From positions 1 through 45,971 of the forward strand of contig CAZKUJ010000001.1 in the NCBI GenBank assembly GCA_964555925.1: DNA of 45,971 bases, given 5' to 3'. A program made the position numbers and the translations under genes. Below, in pieces: positions 35,009 through 43,445 of the stretch (position 1 is the first letter of the stretch; each line of letters opens with the position of its first letter). The notes beneath the pieces are model-generated. The model ran no database searches. It saw nothing but the letters and a program-made list of their open reading frames with translations, and was not told the origin of the DNA. The DNA is from Candidatus Woesearchaeota archaeon (lineage in GTDB: Archaea; Nanobdellota; Nanobdellia; Pacearchaeales; GW2011-AR1).

Positions 35009-37171
35009 ATGTCTAGAGATGTCGATGAGATTCTTAGAAAATATAGCAGTAAACTTGGATCCAAGATTTCTGCTTCAGATAAAAAAGAAATAGATTATAG
35101 CAGAGAATATGTAAAATTCAAAGGCGAAATGCTTCCTGAACTTTCAAGATATGAAAGATTATGCAAAAGCTTAGGAAGTGCAATAAAATTGAAATTTTCA
35201 GAAAAGGACACACAGAAAGTTAAAAAATCTCTTGAAATAGCCCATCTTGACCTTGAGCCTTGGCAGCCTTTAACATTTAGTGTTATGACTTTTATTTTTG
35301 TTTTTTTAGCAGGACTTTTTATCTCTTTAGCTGTTATTTTGATTAAGGGAAGTTTTGAATCTTTTCCGATTTTATTTTTCTTTCTTGTTATAATTTTTTC
35401 TATTTTTATTTTTTATTTTATGAATGCATATCCTGCCAGACTCGCCAATAAATGGCGTCTAAAAGCTTCTGCACAGATGGTTCCTGCTATTTTATATGTT
35501 GTAGTTTATATGAGGCATACATCAAATTTAGAGAGAGCAATTGCTTTTGCATCAGAAAATTTAGAGTATCCTCTTGCATTGGATTTAAAGAAAGTTTTTT
35601 ATGATGTTCAAGTTGGAAAATTTTCAACTATAAAGGCAAGTCTTGATCATTATCTAGAAACATGGAGAGACTATTCTGTAGAATTTATTGAGGCATTTCA
35701 TCTTATTGAAAGCAGTTTATATGAGCCAGATGGGTCAAGAAGAATTATAACTCTTGAAAAAGCCCTAAAAGTTGTTCTTGATGGAGTTTACGATAGAATG
35801 TTGAGATTCACTCACAATGTAAAAAGTCCTTTAACAAATGTTTACATGCTGGGCATTGTTCTTCCAACACTTGGTTTGGCATTACTTCCTCTTGCAAGTG
35901 CTATGTTGGGAGGCTTATTAACTTGGGTCCATGTTTTTGTGCTTTTTAATTTGATAATTCCTTTTTTTGTTTTTTATTTAACAGACAGAGTTACTTTTTT
36001 GAGGCCAGGAGGATATGGGGAAACTTCTCTGCTTGAGAAAAATCCCCTTTATTATAAATATAAAAGTAAAAAACCATATGTCAAAACATTTTTTTTGATA
36101 TTTCCTCTTTTGCTTATAGGATTGTTACCTCTTATCTTTGCATTTACTCCTTTACCTGATTTCTTAGGATTACAAAAAGATTATTCTTTTTCAGATTTTG
36201 GTCTGAATTTTTTTGGAACAGGAGGATTTTTTGGTTTTATTGAAACTACGACAGGTCTTAAGGGTCCTTTTGGAACAGGAGCCCTAATTCTAAGCATGCT
36301 TGTTCCCCTTAGCATCGCCCTATTCTTTTCTTTATCTTTTAAAATGAGAACAAAAGAACTGATTATTGAAAGAGATAAAACAAAGCAACTTGAACTTGAA
36401 TTTAATAACTCTTTATTTCAGGTCGGAAATAGAATAGGTCAGGGGGTTCCTACTGAACTTGTTTTCGCAAAAGTCGCAGAGTCTTCTAAGGGATTGAAAA
36501 CAGAAGATTTTTTCAGAAGAGTGGATTACAACATAAGGCAGATGGGCATGAGTGTTGAAAAAGCTATTTTTGATTTAAGAAGAGGGGCAATTATTCATTA
36601 TCCTTCTGAATTAATCTCTATTAGCATGAAAATTCTTGTTGAATCTGCTAAAAAAGGATTAAAAATTGCGGCCATTAGTGTAATGAGTATTTCAGAATAT
36701 GTTAAGAATATTCACAAAATAACAGCCCGGCTTAAAGATATGCTTGCAGAAGTTGTTTCAGATATGAAGAGCAATATGTCTTTCCTTGCTCCTCTTCTTT
36801 CTGGAGTTGTTGTTGGTTTAGCCGCAATGATTACTGAAATTCTAACGAGATTAGAGATAACAAAGATTGCAGAAGGTGGAGAAGCAGCTGCGTCTTTGGG
36901 TGGACTTGCGTCTTTATCTAATTTATTTGAAGTTGGAATGATGATTCCTCCTTATTTTTTGCAAATAATAATCGGTGTTTATCTTATTCAAATCATTTTT
37001 ATATTAACAAGAACTCTAGTGATTGTGGATTTTGGAGAAGATAGGCTTCAAACAACATATAATCTCGGAAAAAGCTTTACTTCAGGAATAGTTCTTTATT
37101 TTATCACTGCACTTTTCTCCACAATTGCCTTGTTTGTTCTGGTAAACATCGTTCTTGGAAATTTGGTTTAA
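35009..37171 (+). CDS. polytopic platform protein (FlaJ/TadC/PilC-like) of the pilus machinery
   Basis: 720 aa. Two blocks of TM helices separated by soluble helical domains. Sits immediately downstream of the ATPase, as in archaeal pilus operons. Confidence 0.6.
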   Translation: MSRDVDEILRKYSSKLGSKISASDKKEIDYSREYVKFKGEMLPELSRYERLCKSLGSAIKLKFSEKDTQKVKKSLEIAHLDLEPWQPLTFSVMTFIFVFLAGLFISLAVILIKGSFESFPILFFFLVIIFSIFIFYFMNAYPARLANKWRLKASAQMVPAILYVVVYMRHTSNLERAIAFASENLEYPLALDLKKVFYDVQVGKFSTIKASLDHYLETWRDYSVEFIEAFHLIESSLYEPDGSRRIITLEKALKVVLDGVYDRMLRFTHNVKSPLTNVYMLGIVLPTLGLALLPLASAMLGGLLTWVHVFVLFNLIIPFFVFYLTDRVTFLRPGGYGETSLLEKNPLYYKYKSKKPYVKTFFLIFPLLLIGLLPLIFAFTPLPDFLGLQKDYSFSDFGLNFFGTGGFFGFIETTTGLKGPFGTGALILSMLVPLSIALFFSLSFKMRTKELIIERDKTKQLELEFNNSLFQVGNRIGQGVPTELVFAKVAESSKGLKTEDFFRRVDYNIRQMGMSVEKAIFDLRRGAIIHYPSELISISMKILVESAKKGLKIAAISVMSISEYVKNIHKITARLKDMLAEVVSDMKSNMSFLAPLLSGVVVGLAAMITEILTRLEITKIAEGGEAAASLGGLASLSNLFEVGMMIPPYFLQIIIGVYLIQIIFILTRTLVIVDFGEDRLQTTYNLGKSFTSGIVLYFITALFSTIALFVLVNIVLGNLV

Positions 37172-37210
37172 TTTAGTTAAATTTATTAAATAGTATTTGT
37201 TTTTTTTTCT

Positions 37211-37378
37211 ATGATCTTTTTTAAAAAAGGGTGTGGAAAAAAAGCAATAGTCTCTGATTATCTTCCATGGATTTTAATAGCTGTAGCTGTTCTTGTGATT
37301 CTTATGATTACAATTTTTTTGCTTAGAGGAAGAGGAGTTTCACTTATAGATCAAATTAAAAGTCTTTTAAGAGGATAA
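37211..37378 (+). CDS. mini single-TM protein (55 aa), not in the ORF track
   Basis: MIFFKKGCGKKAIVSDYLPWILIAVAVLVILMITIFLLRGRGVSLIDQIKSLLRG. KKG then a hydrophobic helix. Packed 2 nt before the next ORF. Confidence 0.4.
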   Translation: MIFFKKGCGKKAIVSDYLPWILIAVAVLVILMITIFLLRGRGVSLIDQIKSLLRG

Positions 37379-37380
37379 AA

Positions 37381-37539
37381 ATGGAATTAACACTTGAAAA
37401 TCTTATAAAAATCATTATTGGAGTTTTAGTCTTTGTCGTAGTGGTTTCAGGAATTTATCTTTTCTTTAAAACCTATGTGATAGAATTTTTTATAGGAGGA
37501 AATTCAACATCTGAATTAATCCTGACTCTGATAAAATAG
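37381..37539 (+). CDS. mini single-TM protein (52 aa), pilin-helix-like without leader
   Basis: MELTLENLIKIIIGVLVFVVVVSGIYLFFKTYVIEFFIGGNSTSELILTLIK. Its N-terminus resembles the predicted mature N-terminus (ELTTQQLVIIIVLIV) of the 38162 prepilin. Confidence 0.4.
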   Translation: MELTLENLIKIIIGVLVFVVVVSGIYLFFKTYVIEFFIGGNSTSELILTLIK

Positions 37540-37552
37540 AAATTCATAAAAA

Positions 37553-38032
37553 ATGTATAATAAAAAAGGATTTTTGTTAGCAGAAGAAACTCTAAAAATA
37601 ATTCTTGCAGTAATTGCTATTGGATTTCTTGTTTATTTGCTTTTTTCTGTTTATAAAACAAATAAAGATTCAGGAAATTTAGAGTTAGCAAAAGCATCTA
37701 TGGAGACCCTGGTTTCAGGAATTAATAATAGTAAAGCAAGAATTGAAATCTATAATCCGAGCAATTGGATAATTTGTTCTTGGCCAAATCCGTACTCTAC
37801 TGGTTTTGGACCTTTTCAGAGCATTAAATTAGGAATGCCGAAATTCTGTTCAAATTTAGGATTGGATAATTGTTTGTGTATTTGTAAAAAGGAAAATCCT
37901 GATTCTTGTGATAAAAATGGGATTTGTAGAGAGAATTCCTGGAGTTTATTACTTGACAAAAACATAAAAATAGATAATCCCCCCATAACTCTTTTCATAG
38001 ATTACGATGCTAAAAAGATTTTAAAAATTTAA
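37553..38032 (+). CDS. prepilin-like protein (class III signal peptide), Cys-rich
   Basis: MYNKKG|FLLAEETLKIILAVIAIGFLVYLLF. Basic leader, Gly, hydrophobic helix, Glu at +5; 8 Cys in the globular part. Confidence 0.65.
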   Translation: MYNKKGFLLAEETLKIILAVIAIGFLVYLLFSVYKTNKDSGNLELAKASMETLVSGINNSKARIEIYNPSNWIICSWPNPYSTGFGPFQSIKLGMPKFCSNLGLDNCLCICKKENPDSCDKNGICRENSWSLLLDKNIKIDNPPITLFIDYDAKKILKI

Positions 38033-38054
38033 ACGAATCAATAAAACAATAAAA

Positions 38055-38159
38055 ATGGATACAGAAGAACTAATAAAATATTTGATCTGGGTTGTTTTTT
38101 TCGCCATAGCATTGGCAGGAGTTTATTTTTTGTTAAGAAAAATAGGAGTAATTGGCTAA
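38055..38159 (+). CDS. mini single-TM protein (34 aa)
   Basis: MDTEELIKYLIWVVFFAIALAGVYFLLRKIGVIG. Fills the 38033-38161 gap; its stop lies 2 nt before the next ATG. Confidence 0.3.
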   Translation: MDTEELIKYLIWVVFFAIALAGVYFLLRKIGVIG

Positions 38160-38161
38160 AA

Positions 38162-38899
38162 ATGAAAAAAATAAATAAAAGAGGAGAATTAACAACACAA
38201 CAGCTGGTTATAATTATTGTTCTTATTGTAAGTTTTATCATTATTTTATTTTTGTTGTTTAGATTGAATCTTGGAGAGACAACCAATAAAGAAATTTGTC
38301 ATAATTCTGTTGTTCTAAAAGCAAAATCAGCAGGATTATCTGGCCCTCTCGATTGCAGAACAAATTACCTTTGTATTTCTGGCGGAAAAGATTGTAAGGG
38401 AATAACCCCCACATCTACAGTTAAAGTTAATCCTAAGAATAAAGAAGAAATTATGAAAGCTCTTGCAGATGAAATGGTCGATTGTTGGTGGATGTTTGGC
38501 GAAGGGGAAATTACTTATGCAGATAAATCTCTTGCTCAGAAAACTTCGTGTTCTCTTTGTTCTATTGTTGAATTTGATGAAAGTTTTAAAGAAATTGATC
38601 CAATTTCATATATAGAATTTTATAATTACCTAAGTACAACTTCAAAAACAACTCCACAAACATATCTTCAGTATTTATATCCGACCAATAACCTAAATGA
38701 ATTAAGCAAAGAACTTAAGCTTGCAAATTATTTCGATAAAAATTTAGAATTTGATAAGACTTACTCTATTCTAACTGGAATGGAAAGAAGCATTGTTTTG
38801 GGATTATTTGGGAGTTCCCATGTTCCTGTAGTAATTTTAGAAAAAAGCAAAGAAAATTACGAGGCTGTTGGATGCGACATCTTTTTAACAAAAGCTTAA
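38162..38899 (+). CDS. prepilin-like protein (class III signal peptide), Cys-rich, largest of the set
   Basis: MKKINKRG|ELTTQQLVIIIVLIVSFIIILFLLF; 245 aa. Confidence 0.65.
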   Translation: MKKINKRGELTTQQLVIIIVLIVSFIIILFLLFRLNLGETTNKEICHNSVVLKAKSAGLSGPLDCRTNYLCISGGKDCKGITPTSTVKVNPKNKEEIMKALADEMVDCWWMFGEGEITYADKSLAQKTSCSLCSIVEFDESFKEIDPISYIEFYNYLSTTSKTTPQTYLQYLYPTNNLNELSKELKLANYFDKNLEFDKTYSILTGMERSIVLGLFGSSHVPVVILEKSKENYEAVGCDIFLTKA

Positions 38900-38900
38900 A

Positions 38901-39302
38901 ATGAAAACTCTAATAAAAAAAAAGAATGGTGAGATTTTAACAGAGAATATAATTTTTATAATTCTTAATTTGGTTTTTCTTTCAATATTGGTAGTGTTTT
39001 TGTTTTCACGTACATCTACTGCTGCTGTTTTTGAAGAAAAATATGCAAAGCAAATAGCTTTAGCTCTTGATTCTGCAGAGCCTGGAATGACTATTTATTT
39101 AGAAATGAAAGATGCAATAAAAATTGCAAAAAAGAATTCCATTAATCTGGAAAATGTTATTTCAATTAGAGACAATCTTGTTACAGTTAGATTGCGTGAT
39201 GGTGAAGGATATAGTTATTCTTTTTTCAATAATGCACAAGTTACTGCAAGATTTGATACTGAAAGTGAAGAAAAATATTTTTTTGTGATAGATAAAAAAT
39301 GA
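38901..39302 (+). CDS. prepilin-like protein
   Basis: MKTLIKKKNG|EILTENIIFIILNLVFLSILVVFLF, Glu at +5; 133 aa. Confidence 0.6.
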   Translation: MKTLIKKKNGEILTENIIFIILNLVFLSILVVFLFSRTSTAAVFEEKYAKQIALALDSAEPGMTIYLEMKDAIKIAKKNSINLENVISIRDNLVTVRLRDGEGYSYSFFNNAQVTARFDTESEEKYFFVIDKK

Positions 39303-39308
39303 ATAAAA

Positions 39309-39806
39309 ATGAATAAAAAAGGAGATAAACTAATATCAGTGTATTGGTTTGCAGTATTATTTATAGTGGCTGCTGCAATTGTTTATATGGTGCATGCTTT
39401 TTATGGGAAACCTTATGATGTTAGGCCCATAGAAGCAGATATTCTAATTTCGAAAATTGCGCGATGTCTTTCTGAAACAGGGCATATTAAAGAAGGAGTT
39501 TTTGAAGAAAACTTTAAAGAAAATTTTAGAGGCATATGCAAATTGAATTTTCGGGTAGAAGATGTCTATGGTTGGAGAGAGCAAGAACAATATTATGTGG
39601 AGATTGAAATTTTGAAATTTGACTCTACAGAAAGCGTTCTTTTCCTTGAAGACGGAAACAAACAGCTGAGAGATTTTTGCGGCCGCGATGAAAAAAATTT
39701 TCCGAGGTGTCTTGAAAGAAGTCTGTACTCTTTAGATAAGGATGGAAATTCGTATAAAATAAATCTTGTTTCAATTGTAAGAAAAACAGAAAAAAATGTT
39801 TATTAA
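39309..39806 (+). CDS. prepilin-like protein
   Basis: MNKKG|DKLISVYWFAVLFIVAAAIVYMV; 165 aa. Confidence 0.55.
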   Translation: MNKKGDKLISVYWFAVLFIVAAAIVYMVHAFYGKPYDVRPIEADILISKIARCLSETGHIKEGVFEENFKENFRGICKLNFRVEDVYGWREQEQYYVEIEILKFDSTESVLFLEDGNKQLRDFCGRDEKNFPRCLERSLYSLDKDGNSYKINLVSIVRKTEKNVY

Positions 39807-40320
39807 AAAATTCAAAAATAAAAGAGGACAAACAGGTGAAACACTTACTTGGATTATTGCTACATTAATAATTATTGTAATTTTACTTATCGCGATTTCT
39901 ATTGCGAACTTTATGGGAAATAATAAAAAATTTGATTATGTTAAGAAAACAGATACTCTGGCGTCAAAATCTCTTTTTGCTTATCTTCTAACTGAAGACA
40001 CAGAGGGGCAGACTGTTTATGAGCAATTAAAAGAAGCTGGAAATTTTACTAAATTTAATGGAGAATTGGCGGTTGATATTTTTAAAAAATTTTATGGGGG
40101 GGAGTTTCAACAAGTTTGGTTTGGGATTAGCAATTATAATAAAGGGCTTATGGGAGGAACATGGAATGGAGAATCTAATAATTATTTTGGAAATAAACCC
40201 AAATCCACTGCTGTTGGACAGGGGGGAGTTGTGGCTGAAAAAAATTCTTTATCAATTATGATTCATAAAGAAGAAAACTCTATTATAGAGTTACTTTTTG
40301 TATGGGGGTTAAAATCATGA
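39796..40320 (+). CDS. prepilin-like protein
   Basis: MFIKKFKNKRG|QTGETLTWIIATLIIIVILLIAISI; 174 aa; 11-nt overlap with the upstream gene. Confidence 0.65.
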   Translation: MFIKKFKNKRGQTGETLTWIIATLIIIVILLIAISIANFMGNNKKFDYVKKTDTLASKSLFAYLLTEDTEGQTVYEQLKEAGNFTKFNGELAVDIFKKFYGGEFQQVWFGISNYNKGLMGGTWNGESNNYFGNKPKSTAVGQGGVVAEKNSLSIMIHKEENSIIELLFVWGLKS

Positions 40321-40616
40321 AAAACAAACGCGGAGATATCCCGATAACAATTCTTGTAATCGGAGTTTTGGCGATTTGCATTACAGCGATTCTTAGTTTT
40401 TCTCTTTCAAGCAAATCTTCAAAAAATGATTTTAGCACCCTCGATACAGTAGAAGAAGTTTTAGTGATAAAAGAAAAAATATCCCTATACTCTAAATTAG
40501 GATTTAGTGAGGAAGAAATTATTAAAATTTTAGGAATTCAATATGATGAAAATTTAAAAACAAAATATATTCTTAGAGAAAATGGACCTGTAATTGTGAG
40601 ATACAATCTTCCGTAA
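40317..40616 (+). CDS. prepilin-like protein
   Basis: The ATG at 40317 forms an ATGA overlap with the upstream stop. MKNKRG|DIPITILVIGVLAICITAILSF; 99 aa. Confidence 0.6.
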   Translation: MKNKRGDIPITILVIGVLAICITAILSFSLSSKSSKNDFSTLDTVEEVLVIKEKISLYSKLGFSEEEIIKILGIQYDENLKTKYILRENGPVIVRYNLP

Positions 40617-40632
40617 TAAAGTAAATAAAAAC

Positions 40633-40642
40633 ATTTTTAAAC
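40633..40642 (+). promoter_or_regulatory. TATA box ATTTTTAAAC centred about 25 nt upstream of ATG 40663
   Basis: The only pilin-like gene preceded by a real intergenic gap (46 nt) with a correctly spaced TATA element. Confidence 0.45.
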
Positions 40643-40662
40643 AAAATAACCTTGAAATTAAT

Positions 40663-41019
40663 ATGAAAAATAAAAGAGGGCAAGGGCTAAGCACAAATGC
40701 CATTATTCTTATAATTTTAGGAGTTGTAGTTTTGGTTGTTATGATCTTGGGATTTACCCTTGGTTGGGGCACATTGTTTCCTTTCCTTTCAGGCAATAAT
40801 GTTGAACAAATAAAAACTAATTGTGGTGTTGCGTGTTCGACTGGAAGTACTTATGATTATTGCATTCAAGAAAGAAATTTAAAAGCAGATGGTCTTCCTG
40901 GGGGAGACAAAGAGGTGAAAGGCACTTGCTTTTCCTTTTCCACAACAACTGGTTTTGAAAAATACGGTATTGCAAGATGTCAACAATTAGAATCCGGATG
41001 CCCACAGCCAACAAGCTAA
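40663..41019 (+). CDS. prepilin-like protein, candidate major pilin
   Basis: MKNKRG|QGLSTNAIILIILGVVVLVVMILGF, a textbook archaeal class III signal peptide. 118 aa, 6 Cys, own promoter. Confidence 0.7.
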   Translation: MKNKRGQGLSTNAIILIILGVVVLVVMILGFTLGWGTLFPFLSGNNVEQIKTNCGVACSTGSTYDYCIQERNLKADGLPGGDKEVKGTCFSFSTTTGFEKYGIARCQQLESGCPQPTS

Positions 41020-41270
41020 AAATAATTTATTAAGAATCTTTTGTGGGCATTCTGCGATTTTAAATAAATTTTAATTTTTAATTGAATTCTGAAAAATATT
41101 TAAACGAGATATTCTATTTTTAGATATGGATTATGCCTTTCCTCAAAAGAGAAAAAAGAAGCAAGATAAAAAGAAAGAGAGGAAAAAACACCCTTATAAA
41201 CAAGGGGGGAGAAACAGATTAAGAAAATCCTGCCCGAGCATTTTATAAAGATTATTTGCTATTTTTCCTT

Positions 41271-42131
41271 ATGGGTGAATTCATATTTATCTTTTTTTTA
41301 GCAATAGTCTGGTTAATTTTTGCAGCAATTCAAGATTTGAGGAGTAGAGAAATAGCAAATTGGTTAAATCTTTCTCTAATAACCTTTGCATTGGGATTTA
41401 GATTCTTTTATTCTCTTTTTTCAGAAAGTTTTAGCTTTTTTTATCAAGGAATTTTTGGGTTAGTAATCTTTTTTATAATAGGAAATCTTCTTTACTATGG
41501 GAAATTTTTTGCAGGAGGTGACGCTAAACTCATGATGGCTCTTGGAACAATATTACCTTTCTCAGAAACTTTTTCAATAAACTTGTCTATCTTTTTAATA
41601 TTCTTTCTGATATTTTTTATTGTTGGAGCACTTTACACGATTTTTTCAACGATATATCTTAGTTTAAGCAATTTTAATGCGTTTAAAAAAGAATTCTCTG
41701 CGAATTTTAAAAAAAATAAGAAAGTTATTTTTCTGATTTTTCTTTTAGGTTTACTTATATTAATTTTTGGATTTTGGGAAGATGTTTTTTTCCTTTTAGG
41801 AATTTTAATTTTTCTTTTACCTTATTTTTATGTTTATGTAAAAGCAGTTGATGAATCTTGTTTAGTAAGGGAAATAAAGACAAATCAAATTCGAGAAGGA
41901 GACTGGCTCTATAAAAATTTGACAATCGGAAAGAAAATAATCAAAGCAGATTGGAACGGTTTAGGTAAAAAAGAAATACTACAATTAAAGAAAGCATATA
42001 AAACTGTCTTAATTAGATACGGATTACCTTTTTCTCCTGTATTTTTAATAAGTTTTTTGATTCTTTTTTATTTTTGGAAAACCCAAGCATTTGAAATCTT
42101 ATTGAATTTTTTAGGGAATTCTTTTTGGTAA
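41271..42131 (+). CDS. A24-family prepilin/preflagellin peptidase (PibD/FlaK/EppA-like)
   Basis: Two catalytic Asp contexts: AAIQDLRSREI and FFAGGDAKLMMALG (GxGDxKL). Polytopic. The ORF track starts at the TTG at 41256. Confidence 0.8.
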   Translation: MGEFIFIFFLAIVWLIFAAIQDLRSREIANWLNLSLITFALGFRFFYSLFSESFSFFYQGIFGLVIFFIIGNLLYYGKFFAGGDAKLMMALGTILPFSETFSINLSIFLIFFLIFFIVGALYTIFSTIYLSLSNFNAFKKEFSANFKKNKKVIFLIFLLGLLILIFGFWEDVFFLLGILIFLLPYFYVYVKAVDESCLVREIKTNQIREGDWLYKNLTIGKKIIKADWNGLGKKEILQLKKAYKTVLIRYGLPFSPVFLISFLILFYFWKTQAFEILLNFLGNSFW

Positions 42132-42770
42132 CCAGATATGTTTTTCTGATTCTTTTAAAATTATTTTTTTCTTTTTAGGTCTTTTAACAGATTTTCTTGG
42201 TTTAGAGAGAATCTTTTGAATTTCTGAAAGCTCTTCTGATTTTGCAGCATTTCTCTTTTCTGACTTTTTATTTCCATATATTGGAACAACATTTATTATT
42301 TCATGGCCCAAAATATTAGAAGAAGAAATTTCGATATTCTCTGGTTTAAATTTTGTTTTTAATCTTTTTCCTACTTTCTTGGCTAAAGAGAAAACACCCG
42401 AATGCATTTTTTCTGAAGAAGAGGGGTGTTCTTTTGGAATAACTAAGGTGTGCCCTTTAGAAAAGGGATTTATTTCTAAAACAGCTAGAGCCTTATTGTT
42501 TTCATCAATTTTATATGAATTAATTTGGTCTGAGATTATTGAACAAAAAACACATTCAGAAAAAGCCTTTTTTGATAACTCTTCTCTCTTAAATTCTTCT
42601 GGAATCCCAGGGTAATCAATATGGTTTTTCTTTAAAAATTCCTCTAATTGTTGAGAATTCATTGCTTTTATTTGATTAGTGGCAAATTCTTTCTTTGAAT
42701 CGGGAAAACTTTTTTCAATCTGATTAATTATTTCTTTTTTTATTTCTTCTGTCTGTTCAGATGTCAACAT
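42111..42770 (-). CDS. HIT-superfamily-like protein with degenerate histidine triad plus N- and C-terminal extensions
   Basis: 219 aa. CVFCSI, GHTLVIPKEH, but the triad position reads GHEIINVVP instead of HxHxHxx. Basic C-terminal tail. Confidence 0.6.
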   Translation of the reverse strand: MLTSEQTEEIKKEIINQIEKSFPDSKKEFATNQIKAMNSQQLEEFLKKNHIDYPGIPEEFKREELSKKAFSECVFCSIISDQINSYKIDENNKALAVLEINPFSKGHTLVIPKEHPSSSEKMHSGVFSLAKKVGKRLKTKFKPENIEISSSNILGHEIINVVPIYGNKKSEKRNAAKSEELSEIQKILSKPRKSVKRPKKKKIILKESEKHIWLPKRIP

Positions 42771-42811
42771 CTAATAACTAAAGAATTTGCATTAATATAT
42801 TTAACGAAATC

Positions 42812-42821
42812 TTTTTAAATA
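42812..42821 (+). promoter_or_regulatory. TATA box TTTTTAAATA centred about 25 nt upstream of ATG 42841
   Basis: Sequence and spacing read directly. Confidence 0.45.
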
Positions 42822-42840
42822 AGAAGGGGTTTGTCTATAA

Positions 42841-43038
42841 ATGAGCGGATTTAGTGCTTTTCTTTCTGGTATAGCAGGAATAAGTGTTCTGATAGGATAC
42901 TTTTTTCCACCATTAAATGATTCTTACTATCTAATTCTTTTTGGGGGAATTTTAGCATTAATTTCTGCAGCAATGGCAACAAAATCTAGAAAAAGAGCAA
43001 AACTAAAATCTTCTTACGCATCAAATCCTTCTCGTTGA
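42841..43038 (+). CDS. small two-TM membrane protein
   Basis: 65 aa. Two hydrophobic helices and a basic tail; correctly spaced TATA. Confidence 0.45.
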   Translation: MSGFSAFLSGIAGISVLIGYFFPPLNDSYYLILFGGILALISAAMATKSRKRAKLKSSYASNPSR

Positions 43039-43061
43039 GAATTTTTTCAAGTAAAGAGAGA

Positions 43062-43334
43062 TTATCCTATTGCTCTTCTCATATCAAGAATTTCTAAAGA
43101 ACCCACCCCTTCAATTCCCTTAATTTTTTCTTCAAGAGTGTTAAGTTCTTCTTCTTCAGGCCAGCCAAATAAAATAATTAAAGCTTTAAGTCCAAAGGCT
43201 ATTGGCTCTATTTCAATTTTAAAATTTTTTATCTCTTTATTATTTAAGATATTTCTTACTTCAGCCTCAATTCCAGTTATATCTGTTTCTTGAGAATTGG
43301 GCATAAGCTTCATTTTTATTATTACTGTTCCCAT
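43062..43334 (-). CDS. ef1b: translation elongation factor aEF-1 beta
   Basis: 90 aa. KMKLMP...IEPIAFGLKALIILF...VGSLEILDMRR, characteristic of archaeal EF-1beta. TTTATAAA (43356-43363) lies about 25 nt upstream. Confidence 0.9.
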   Translation of the reverse strand: MGTVIIKMKLMPNSQETDITGIEAEVRNILNNKEIKNFKIEIEPIAFGLKALIILFGWPEEEELNTLEEKIKGIEGVGSLEILDMRRAIG

Positions 43335-43445
43335 AATTCCCTTTAAAAAAAGGAATTTATAAATGTTGAGTTAGGACTTTATTTGTTTGCATTAATTGAA
43401 AAAGCAATAATAATACTTAAAAACACGGGTGTTTTTTCTTAAAGA

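Noticed and set aside
41126-41248. 40-aa extremely basic ORF (MDYAFPQKRKKKQDKKKERKKHPYKQGGRNRLRKSCPSIL) between the last pilin gene and the peptidase gene.
   Set aside because: It is an A-rich sequence read in a Lys/Arg frame. It has no hydrophobic segment and no promoter or SD context, so it is probably non-coding 5' UTR or promoter of the peptidase gene.
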